A stretch of 32,000 nt of DNA. It comes from Flavobacteriaceae bacterium. GTDB lineage: Bacteria; Bacteroidota; Bacteroidia; Flavobacteriales; Flavobacteriaceae. Position numbers and translations under genes: made by a program. The stretch spans positions 150,001-182,000 of the forward strand of contig OZ245049.1 of the NCBI GenBank assembly GCA_965224465.1, read 5' to 3'. This document shows positions 1 to 8,540 of this stretch, one piece after another (position 1 is the stretch's first letter; every line of letters begins with the position of its first letter). The notes beneath the pieces are model-generated. The model was not told where the DNA came from, ran no database searches, and worked only from the letters and a program-made list of their open reading frames with translations.

Positions 1-563
1 ATTCTAACATCGCTTTGTATTTGATCAACGATATAAACATCACACCGATATTAGCAGCGAGTATTGCCTCCATTTTTGGTTTAATGAATCTCTTTGCGCG
101 TACTTTAGGAGGCTATTACGGGGATAAATTCGGAAAAAAATCTGGTTTAAATGGACGTGTAAAATGGCTGTTCACCACTTTGTTTGTGGAAGGATGTGTA
201 CTGCTGGTATTTGCTCAGTTTCATAGCATTACAGCGTTGGTTCCCATACTCATCGTCTTTAGCTTATTTGTTCAAATGGCGGAAGGTGCTACCTTTTCTA
301 TTGTGCCATTTGTAAATAAAAAATTGACAAGTGTTATTGCTGGAATTGTTGGAGCAGGAGGGAATACAGGTGCCGTTTTAGGCTTGTTTTTGTTTAAAAT
401 AGAGGGCTTTAGTTGGTCGTATGCTTTCATGACTTTAGGAGTGCTCGTACTAGGGGTCTCTTTTCTTTCTTTGTTGATAAAATTCAGTCCTTCGGAAGAT
501 GAGAATGCAGAGAAAGAGCTAGTGAAAATCCGTAAAATTCATAAAGAATTACAATTGAATTGA
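1..563 (+). CDS. MFS nitrate/nitrite porter (NNP family), C-terminal part; the 5' end lies outside the window
   Basis: The frame is open from the window edge to the stop at 561-563. It encodes several hydrophobic helices. AGIVGAGGNTGAVLG resembles the glycine-rich NNP signature. The gene sits directly upstream of a nitrate reductase gene. Confidence 0.75.
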   Translation, partial: SNIALYLINDINITPILAASIASIFGLMNLFARTLGGYYGDKFGKKSGLNGRVKWLFTTLFVEGCVLLVFAQFHSITALVPILIVFSLFVQMAEGATFSIVPFVNKKLTSVIAGIVGAGGNTGAVLGLFLFKIEGFSWSYAFMTLGVLVLGVSFLSLLIKFSPSEDENAEKELVKIRKIHKELQLN

Positions 564-682
564 TTTAGATAGTTGTCTAAATTAATAAAAAATGAATATA
601 TTTAAATACTTTAAATCATTGGAAAACTGTGTTTTTAACCACTGTTATATTCCATAAAGGTTTAAAAACAAGAAAAAAAGCT

Positions 683-3600
683 ATGAATTCATATACAAAA
701 TCAATTTGTTCGTATTGCGGTGTCGGTTGCGGGGTGCTGATCAAGAGCAATGAGCATACCAATGAGATTGATTTAATTGGGGATACTACGCATCCTGTAA
801 ATAAAGGCATGCTTTGTTCTAAGGGGAGGAATCTCCACCATACGGTGATGGATACCAGCGATCGTTTATTGCAGCCTCAAATGAGATGGAATCGGGAATC
901 GCCTTTGGAAGAAGTGAGTTGGGATACGGCTTTAGAACGTGCTGCAGGCGTATTTAAAGGGCTGATAAATAATTACGGCCCCGATGCTGTTGGCTTTTAT
1001 GTGTCGGGTCAATTATTGACGGAAGAATATTATATAGTAAATAAGCTTGTAAAAGGATTTCTTAAAACCAATAATATAGATACGAATTCGCGTTTATGTA
1101 TGAGCTCTGCGGTGGTTGCTTATAAAAAAACATTGGGAGAAGACAGTGTGCCTATTTGTTATGATGATATAGAATTGGCAGATTGTTTTTTTATTGCGGG
1201 TGCTAACCCTGCCTGGTGTCACCCGATATTATTCCGCCGTTTGGAAGCACATAAACAGTCCAATCCTGACGTTAAAATAGTTGTGGTAGATCCAAGAGAA
1301 ACAGCTTCGGCGAGTATTGCAGATTTACATTTGCAAATTAATCCGGGTACAGATGTGTATCTCTACAATGCAATTGCTAAATGTTTGATAGAAACAGATC
1401 AGATAGATGCCTCATTTATAACGGATCATGTAGACGGATTTGAAGCGTTAAAAAAACAAGTATTCCAATATAGTGTAGAAGAAATAGCTGAAATATGTGG
1501 CGTTTCCAAGGATGATATTCAGCTTGCAGCGTCTTGGATTGGTGAAGCTACGGGCTTTATCTCTATGTGGACTATGGGACTCAATCAGAGTTCTATCGGA
1601 GTCAATAAAAATGTAGCCTTGATAAACCTGTCACTTATCACTGGGAAAATAGGGAAACCAGGGAATGGTCCTTTCTCCTTAACCGGACAACCGAATGCGA
1701 TGGGCGGTAGGGAAGTGGGTGGATTGAGTTCGATGTTGGCGGTTCATAAAAGTTATGAAAATCCCATACATGTGGATGAAGTAGCTCGTTTTTGGAATGT
1801 TAGTGGACTTTCTACAAAACAAGGCTTGACGGCAACAGAGATGTTTGACGCTCTTTTTGAAGGAAAATTAAAAGCAATATGGATTATTTGTACCAACCCT
1901 ACAGTGAGTTTACCCGATGCAAGAAAAATTGAGGCCGCTTTAAGAAAGGCTAAATTTGTGATTGTTCAAGACATTTCTAATGCTTCTACAACAGTGCATT
2001 ATGCAGATTTGGTACTCCCCGCAGCTGGATACATGGAGAAGACAGGGACAATGACCAATTCGGAAAGACGGGTGAACTTAGTACAAAAAATTATTGATCC
2101 CCCAGGGAATGCACTTCCTGATGCCGAAATACTTTGGAAATTTGCAGCAAAAATGGGTTGGGAAAAACAGTTTCCTTATCAGAACTATGAAGAAATTTAT
2201 GAGGAGTATAAAAAAATGACCCATGGGACTAACATGGACGTTTCAGGGATTAGCTATGATGTTTTAAGAACGCAAGGAGGCGTACAATGGCCGTATACTT
2301 CGGAGAAAATGAAAAGTACGAAGCGTTTGTTTGAAAACAACACCTTTTATACGGATTCAGGCAACGCAGCTGTTTACGGAGTAGACCCACAATTACAGTC
2401 GGAGCCGCTTTCGGAAAATTATCCCTTTATTTTGTTGACAGGCCGCGTACGTGACCAATGGCATACAATGACGCGTACCAATAAAGTAAGTGCATTGAAT
2501 AAGCATGCGCCTCAACCATTTGTAGAGATACATCCTTCTGATGCCAAAGTGTTAGAGATTGAAGAAGACGATTTAGTAGAGGTTATTGGAAAAAGAGGGA
2601 ATGTCAAATTGAAAGCACGTATTTGTTATACCATTAAAAAAGGAGTGCTCTTTATTCCCATGCATTGGGGAAAATTATTTCAAAACGATTTGGGAAGGGC
2701 AAATAATATGACTTCTGTTATATTGGATAGAGAATCGAAGCAGCCAGATTATAAATATGCCGCCGTACAGTTGTTTAAGCATCGCCCTAAAGCCAAAAGA
2801 ATAATTGTGATTGGTGCAGGAGCAGGAGCTACCCAATTTGTAAAATCATATAGGGCTTTAGGGGATACTTCTAGCAGTATCGATGTGTTTAGTAAAGAAA
2901 TGCATCCCTTTTACAATCGTGTGTTATTACCACATTACCTAACAGGAGAGAAAACATGGGAGGATTTAGAAAAGTTAAGAGAGCAAGATTTTAAACGATT
3001 GGGGATTACCGTTCATATAGGTGTATCTATTGATCTTATTGATAAAAAAAAGAAATTTGTAATAGATTCTACAGGGAAAACACATCTGTATGATACTTTA
3101 ATCGTTGCCACTGGAAGTCGTGCTTTTGTCCCTCCAAATTTCCCAAAGGAAGCAGCTAATTTTATCACCATTCGACAACGAGGGAATATAGAGTTGATTC
3201 AAGAGCGCCTTCAACCCAATAATGATGTTGTAATTATTGGTGGAGGACTCTTAGGGCTTGAAATGGCTGATGCACTCCTTTCTATTGGAATGCAAGTGCA
3301 TGTAATTCAGATTGATGAACGCTTGATGGGGCTTCAGTTAGATAAGCAATCGAGTAAATTATTGAAGCGAAAAATACTAGCCAAAGGCATACATTTATAT
3401 ATGAATGATGAGGTATTGGCTTTTAATGGGGCTCCTGAAATCACCTCTGTAACCTTGAGGAGTGGACAGAAATTAGAGTGTCATTTAGTGATTACAGCGA
3501 TCGGAACTAGACCCAATATCGAACTATTGAAAGCAGCAGATATTGAATGCAATAGAGGTGTATTGGTAAATCAATATTTACAAAGTAGTGATAAGGATAT

Positions 3601-4207
3601 CTATTGTATTGGTGAAATAGCAGAACTAAACGGAACGCTTTGGGGGATTACAGCAGCTGCGGAGGAGCAGGCAAAAGTGTTGTCTAAAGTTATTTATGGA
3701 GACCCGCATGCCTATTACAAAGGCAGTGTTTTTATGAATATATTAAAAGCAAAGGATGTGCATATCTGTTCTATAGGACTTGTAGATCCTCCAGATCCAG
3801 AAGATAAAGACTATCAAATTATAAAAATGGAAGATTTGAGTAGACAGTATTATAAAAAATGTGTGGTCTATAAAAATAAACTAGTAGGTGCTGTTTTAGT
3901 AGGGGATCGTACCGAATTCTTATCCTTTAAAGAATTAATTGAAAACAGTGCTGAACTCAATGATGTCCGTGATACTTTACTGCGTCCTAATGGTCTTAAA
4001 AAGGAACCTTTAAAAGGGAAGTTGATATGCTCTTGCGCCAATGTAGGTCATCTGAATATAGAAGAAATAATAAATAAGACAAAAAATTGTACCCTTGACC
4101 AAGTGATGAAACATACGGGTGCAGGAACAGGATGTGGAAGTTGTAAACCAGAAATTATAGCATTACTAATGATTAAAAAGCAAGAGAATGGAAATAGAGT
4201 ATCTTAG
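683..4207 (+). CDS. nasA: Assimilatory nitrate reductase: a Mo-bisMGD catalytic module fused to an FAD/NAD(P)H pyridine-nucleotide oxidoreductase module and a C-terminal BFD-like [2Fe-2S] domain
   Basis: N-terminal CSYCGVGCGV is a 4Fe-4S motif typical of molybdopterin oxidoreductases. Two Rossmann motifs follow (IIVIGAGAGATQF, VVIIGGGLLGLEMA). The C-terminal CSC...GCGSC pattern is BFD-like. The start was moved to the internal ATG at 683 (MNSYTKSIC) rather than the TTG at 629. Confidence 0.85.
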   Translation: MNSYTKSICSYCGVGCGVLIKSNEHTNEIDLIGDTTHPVNKGMLCSKGRNLHHTVMDTSDRLLQPQMRWNRESPLEEVSWDTALERAAGVFKGLINNYGPDAVGFYVSGQLLTEEYYIVNKLVKGFLKTNNIDTNSRLCMSSAVVAYKKTLGEDSVPICYDDIELADCFFIAGANPAWCHPILFRRLEAHKQSNPDVKIVVVDPRETASASIADLHLQINPGTDVYLYNAIAKCLIETDQIDASFITDHVDGFEALKKQVFQYSVEEIAEICGVSKDDIQLAASWIGEATGFISMWTMGLNQSSIGVNKNVALINLSLITGKIGKPGNGPFSLTGQPNAMGGREVGGLSSMLAVHKSYENPIHVDEVARFWNVSGLSTKQGLTATEMFDALFEGKLKAIWIICTNPTVSLPDARKIEAALRKAKFVIVQDISNASTTVHYADLVLPAAGYMEKTGTMTNSERRVNLVQKIIDPPGNALPDAEILWKFAAKMGWEKQFPYQNYEEIYEEYKKMTHGTNMDVSGISYDVLRTQGGVQWPYTSEKMKSTKRLFENNTFYTDSGNAAVYGVDPQLQSEPLSENYPFILLTGRVRDQWHTMTRTNKVSALNKHAPQPFVEIHPSDAKVLEIEEDDLVEVIGKRGNVKLKARICYTIKKGVLFIPMHWGKLFQNDLGRANNMTSVILDRESKQPDYKYAAVQLFKHRPKAKRIIVIGAGAGATQFVKSYRALGDTSSSIDVFSKEMHPFYNRVLLPHYLTGEKTWEDLEKLREQDFKRLGITVHIGVSIDLIDKKKKFVIDSTGKTHLYDTLIVATGSRAFVPPNFPKEAANFITIRQRGNIELIQERLQPNNDVVIIGGGLLGLEMADALLSIGMQVHVIQIDERLMGLQLDKQSSKLLKRKILAKGIHLYMNDEVLAFNGAPEITSVTLRSGQKLECHLVITAIGTRPNIELLKAADIECNRGVLVNQYLQSSDKDIYCIGEIAELNGTLWGITAAAEEQAKVLSKVIYGDPHAYYKGSVFMNILKAKDVHICSIGLVDPPDPEDKDYQIIKMEDLSRQYYKKCVVYKNKLVGAVLVGDRTEFLSFKELIENSAELNDVRDTLLRPNGLKKEPLKGKLICSCANVGHLNIEEIINKTKNCTLDQVMKHTGAGTGCGSCKPEIIALLMIKKQENGNRVS

Positions 4208-5618
4208 AATTCCTTCCTTTGCAGGAAGGTTTAACGTAGGTAAATTAAAGCGAATAATGGCCATTGCTTTTAACGTTGGCATTGAGGATGTATTTGTAGG
4301 GAATCGTCAAGAACTGATACTCCCTTTAGGAAAGGATCTCGTGAATTTGGTGAAGGAAAAATTAAAAAATGAAGGAATTGATGCTGTACATCGTAAGAAT
4401 CGTTCTGTAGAAAATCACGTGATTACTTCCTTGCCGTCTCTTCATGTTTTTTCGTCAAAAAAATGGATACACACAGGAACATATACCTCTATTTATAAGC
4501 AGATGAAAAAATATTCTCCTCTTAAGATAGGTATTATTGATGCGACACAGCACCTGACGCCTGTGTTAATGAATCAACTAAATTTTATAGCCTCAGATGC
4601 CGTAGATTATTGGTATTTATATACCTGCTTCGACTCCAAAGATAGTCCGTTTTTATGGCCTGTATTGATCGATTCAAAATATATAGCAATGCTAATTAAA
4701 GAGATCGAAGTTTATTATGAAAAGCAAGAAGGTGTTGTTTTGAATGATGAATTGGTAGAAACTATCAATTCTAAGATGCGTTATAATTATAAGGGGTTTT
4801 CAAAAATACCGCTATTGCCAACACAGGAAATGCCTTGTTATGATGTTTTTACAAAATACAGCGAAAAGTACTGGCTAGGACTTACCTGTAAAGAGAATAA
4901 ATTTAGTACAGCCCTTGTAGATTACCTAACAACCTTGTGTAAAGAACAGGATATATCTAATATATATGTCACTACTTGGGGATCCTTACTTGTTCGGAGT
5001 ATTCTTCCTGTGAATAAACCTAGTTGGAATCGGTTTTTAGGAACCTATGATATCATAACAGGGCATGCGTATTATGAATTAAATTGGATCATGCAGGGAG
5101 CCATTCCTAAATTTCAATATTACAAGGATAAATTAGTTAAGTATTTTTATAAAAACAAAATACGTTGTACTGGGGTTACCCTTGGTTTTTTTTATGGAAA
5201 ACAAGATGCTTTTCCAATGATAGCCATAAAAATTGTTCTGGTAAGTAGGCTTTTAAGAATTGATTATTTTGAAATATACATTCCGAAAGACTTACAGGTA
5301 AATAATAGGCGTTATCGCCGCCATAGCAGTCGTTTGAGTTTTATGGAACTCAAGAAAAATGTACTCGATATTATTCGTGCATTTCAAACAAAACACAGCA
5401 TTTCACTGCCAGAAAAAACAAAAGAAAACACTACAAATACCGAGCAATTGTTACATCAGTGTTCGGTCTGTTTTACCTTGTACGAACATCGGGGAGCAGC
5501 TACAGATAGTTTCCAGTTGATCGCATTTTCTAAACTCCCAGAATCGTATTGTTGCGCCGTCTGTGGTGGTAGTAAAGATAATTACAAGAAAATTCCAGCG
5601 TCATTATTGGATGCTTAA
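4188..5618 (+). CDS. Rubredoxin-domain protein associated with nitrate assimilation (large uncharacterised N-terminal region)
   Basis: 476-aa ORF overlapping the nasA stop by 20 nt. The C-terminus has two CxxC pairs (CSVC ... CAVCGG) about 30 aa apart, which is rubredoxin-like. The start codon is uncertain. Confidence 0.6.
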   Translation: MEIEYLRIPSFAGRFNVGKLKRIMAIAFNVGIEDVFVGNRQELILPLGKDLVNLVKEKLKNEGIDAVHRKNRSVENHVITSLPSLHVFSSKKWIHTGTYTSIYKQMKKYSPLKIGIIDATQHLTPVLMNQLNFIASDAVDYWYLYTCFDSKDSPFLWPVLIDSKYIAMLIKEIEVYYEKQEGVVLNDELVETINSKMRYNYKGFSKIPLLPTQEMPCYDVFTKYSEKYWLGLTCKENKFSTALVDYLTTLCKEQDISNIYVTTWGSLLVRSILPVNKPSWNRFLGTYDIITGHAYYELNWIMQGAIPKFQYYKDKLVKYFYKNKIRCTGVTLGFFYGKQDAFPMIAIKIVLVSRLLRIDYFEIYIPKDLQVNNRRYRRHSSRLSFMELKKNVLDIIRAFQTKHSISLPEKTKENTTNTEQLLHQCSVCFTLYEHRGAATDSFQLIAFSKLPESYCCAVCGGSKDNYKKIPASLLDA

Positions 5619-5675
5619 TGTTTGATAAAACAATTCCACTTTTAAACCGTCACTTGGATAGGTGTTTGGTATAAT

Positions 5676-6100
5676 ACCAACTACAATCCAAAATGACAGA
5701 TGTAAATTGTTTGTTCTATGTTCTAGCGTTGTTGAAAAACAGAACGATTGTAAAGATATAGGGGAACTCAAAAAAGTCTACCTGTTTAGAGGAAGAGAAC
5801 CTCCTTCCTATTGGTTGCAACGAATAAAAGCAGGTGCTAATAATCGAACCCACGTAATGGGAAATGCATGTCAAAATACTGCTGACCAATGCTTATCCGT
5901 ATCTAAAAACGGTAGAAACCAATTCCTATGAAAGAGCTTGAGAGCAAATGACCTAAAAACAGGTGATATCTATAAAGACCTTTGTTGATAGCCTCTTAAT
6001 TAATTACACACGCAATCTCTATAGTATTATCTTTTGAGCCTGTATAGTCAACAGGATGTTCATGGCTGGGCGCTACGCACCGCACGAACACTTAGTTATT
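5676..6100 (+). repeat. R1 copy A: ~425-bp conserved non-coding module (includes the 64-bp core at 5682-5745)
   Basis: Aligns by eye with 18310-18732 along its full length. Identity is near-perfect except for a divergent patch at 5746-5815 that contains indels. Confidence 0.9.
5693..5761 (+). CDS. Tiny ORF, island-type copy (22 aa, MTDVNCLFYVLALLKNRTIVKI)
   Basis: The first 20 codons are homologous to the ORF at 28412. Of the 8 differences, 7 are synonymous third-position changes. The C-terminus differs from the 28412 copy. Confidence 0.35.
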   Translation: MTDVNCLFYVLALLKNRTIVKI

Positions 6101-6111
6101 GCCTATAGTTT

Positions 6112-6927
6112 TTATCCATTGAATTCATAATAATTAAATTTATAAATCCAACAATTATTTATAAACTCTAACGTAAAATTACCTCCATAACAATCACCTG
6201 GACTACCTATTAAATTCCCATATAATTTATAATTCCCATTTTCTTTTTTTAATGCATAAATTGAAATTGTTTCTAAAAACCCATTATATAAGTAACTTAC
6301 TATTTGTCCATTTTCTATTAACGAAACGACTGTTCCTAGCATTTCATGACTAGAATCTGTATATTCACTTAATACAAGTTTTACGTTTTCGTTATTGACA
6401 TAATGTTTTTGTGTAAATTTTATTGTTCTTTCTATATTCTCACCAAACAAATCACTACTAGCTATTCCACAAGATATCATTTCATCAATTTTCACTCTGT
6501 TTTTATAATTCAATTTTAGTTTAGTCTCTTTCAAGTTTGGCCTTATAGAATCAATTTTCCTAGAACCGTAGCTACCGTATATGTTATCCCAATTTTGGTC
6601 AATTAATTCAATTTGTTTTGAGCAATTATTTTTTCTTAAATCATAGATTCTATTAAAATAGATATAACCAACCTTACCTAAATTAGTTTTAATTAGCCAC
6701 CATTTATCGTTTTTTTCTTGTGGAAAACGAAATTTAAATTCTTCATTTTTTTCTATTCTTCCAATTGTTTGACTTGACGAACTATTGTTTTGTCTGATAT
6801 TAACATATCCATCAGAATCATTAATTATACCTGTTCCAATATGTCCATATTTAGGAAATTCAATGTTTTGGGCCATCGAATTTAAACTAAAAAAGAATAT
6901 TGTAATAATATATGTTATTTTATACAT
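6112..6927 (-). CDS. Secreted hypothetical protein with a bacterial SH3-like segment
   Basis: The internal ATG at 6927 gives a signal-peptide-like N-terminus (MYKITYIITIFFFSLNSMAQ). GYVNIRQ...WWLIKT..GKVGYI resembles the SH3b fold. Confidence 0.6.
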   Translation of the reverse strand: MYKITYIITIFFFSLNSMAQNIEFPKYGHIGTGIINDSDGYVNIRQNNSSSSQTIGRIEKNEEFKFRFPQEKNDKWWLIKTNLGKVGYIYFNRIYDLRKNNCSKQIELIDQNWDNIYGSYGSRKIDSIRPNLKETKLKLNYKNRVKIDEMISCGIASSDLFGENIERTIKFTQKHYVNNENVKLVLSEYTDSSHEMLGTVVSLIENGQIVSYLYNGFLETISIYALKKENGNYKLYGNLIGSPGDCYGGNFTLEFINNCWIYKFNYYEFNG

Positions 6928-7152
6928 AGGTTTTTCTAATTGTAGGTAACGATTAGCTAAGCACAGTGCGGTTTTAATATCTTCGAACCTCCCTGTGGCA
7001 ATTAGCCAAAGCATTTTATTTTGTTTTTACTTTTTAATCATAAAGCCAAATCAAAAGATTTACCTTCTGTGAGACTTTGTGTTGGCAGTCTTCGTTAAAA
7101 GTACTGAACTTCGACTTAGAAAACAAACCCGTATTGAGTTTAGGTGCTGTTA

Positions 7153-8337
7153 TCACGCGTTTTCTTTCGCTATGTTTACCGAATAGGATTTTTCAGCATT
7201 AAGTCCGAAAAAGTCAAAAACCTCCTTTTTAATCAACTTGTTTTTCGGATTTCTCAAATCATCTTCACGTTGATATATTTTGTCATTCCAATATGGTAGG
7301 TTTGAGTTTTCTGCAATTACCTTTTCTAAAGTCGACTTATTAAAATTAAGACCAGCTCCAATTGATTCGTTTCTGTGTGGATTGAATTTTAAACTATCCC
7401 AATCATTTTTTGATTCTGGATTTGGAATTTCAATGTACTTATAAAACTTATCTCTATGGGTTTCTTTGTAAATTAGACCATATTGCAAGTAAACTGTTTT
7501 AATATCTATATGAGAGATACTGCGAGCATAAGAAATTGGAAATTCAATTTCCCAATCTTCAAGAGGTAAGTTTCCAATTACTTCATAATCTCCATAAAAA
7601 AGTGCATTGTCCATTATGTACTGTGATGGTAAATACTTCAAAGTCTTAATTTTCTCTAATTCTACTTTTTTTGAGTTTGCAATAATGTGATAAACTTTTA
7701 TAACCAAAGGTTGTGTCATTAATTGAGCTAAACCATAATTTTTCTTTTCTTTAAAACTTGGTTCTTTTCTTGTTTTTCGGATATCGGCTATTAAGCGACC
7801 AAAACCATAGTTTCTTCTGTCAACTTTGAAAGTAAAGAAATCTCCTTCTTTTAGTTTTATTCTTTTTCTTTTTTTATTGGCGAACTCTTCCAAATCTTCC
7901 AAATCTTTCAAATCTTGCTGTGTTGTTTTACTTATAAAACTCTCAATCCAAATAGGCAAATCGTTTATACTATTGAATTTGGTGTTTTCAAAAAAAGTAG
8001 AGTAGAAGGTCTGTTCTGTCGTATAATTCCCAACAGTAACTCCGCTAACATCAAAATTAAAATATGCTCCAATCCCGTTTCTAGAATCTAATGAAGAGTA
8101 ATTCACTTTTTTTGGTTTTCCTCTGCTCGTTTTTGGTAAAAGCATTGTACGGTTATCAGTTTCTTCGTCCAGTTGGATTTCTCTGTATAGGTTATCATTT
8201 ATACTTATCTTTTTCCTAATTGTATTACCATCGAAGTAAATCGATACCTCTTCTGTTATTTGAAATTTGTCCCAACTTTCAGGAACTATTTCAAGTCCTA
8301 AGTACTTTCTTTGTTCATTGGTTAATTCAAATTTCAT
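7153..8337 (-). CDS. Hypothetical protein, possibly an Imm26-like immunity protein
   Basis: 394-aa ORF. The segment KEGDFFTFKVDRRNYGFGRLIADI resembles the Imm26 core motif as I recall it. No toxin gene lies adjacent. Confidence 0.55.
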   Translation of the reverse strand: MKFELTNEQRKYLGLEIVPESWDKFQITEEVSIYFDGNTIRKKISINDNLYREIQLDEETDNRTMLLPKTSRGKPKKVNYSSLDSRNGIGAYFNFDVSGVTVGNYTTEQTFYSTFFENTKFNSINDLPIWIESFISKTTQQDLKDLEDLEEFANKKRKRIKLKEGDFFTFKVDRRNYGFGRLIADIRKTRKEPSFKEKKNYGLAQLMTQPLVIKVYHIIANSKKVELEKIKTLKYLPSQYIMDNALFYGDYEVIGNLPLEDWEIEFPISYARSISHIDIKTVYLQYGLIYKETHRDKFYKYIEIPNPESKNDWDSLKFNPHRNESIGAGLNFNKSTLEKVIAENSNLPYWNDKIYQREDDLRNPKNKLIKKEVFDFFGLNAEKSYSVNIAKENA

Positions 8338-8540
8338 AGTTCTTCAAATGTATGGTAACGTCTAGTATAAGAAACGTAGGGCAATAAATAAGCACTATCG
8401 TTTCGGTTTATTACTTAGCTAAATATAAATATTTTGCTTTTATTTTTCTCCTAAATGCCAAATTTTATATTTAGCGGACTTTGTTAATACACACAGACCT
8501 TCGAGTTTAGCACAAACGCCCTATGTTTTTTATACATTGT

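Noticed and set aside
565-600. Possible terminator hairpin TTTAGA-tagttg-TCTAAA after the transporter gene
   Set aside because: The stem is only 6 bp of A/T-rich sequence with no clear T-tract, which is too weak to call.
5850-5880. tRNA/tmRNA-like T-loop (GGTTCGATT on the minus strand of R1) as a tRNA-derived att site
   Set aside because: There is no complementary T-stem, no acceptor stem and no CCA-proximal sequence around it, so it is a chance match. I found no tRNA gene in the window.
5662-5931. 89-aa ORF spanning R1 copy A
   Set aside because: The second R1 copy (18310-18732) has single-nucleotide indels and many changes in the corresponding region, so this frame is not preserved. It is also in a different frame from the conserved tiny ORF.
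6040-6100. R1 read on the minus strand as the 5' end of a second group II intron (GTGCG followed by GCGCCCAGCCATG, similar to GTGTGCCCAGCATGG of the real intron)
   Set aside because: The CCC..GGG pairing is absent. No domain V-like sequence is found downstream in R1 or R2 on that strand. The partial copies at the island borders fit the att-junction model better. I keep it only as a weak possibility.
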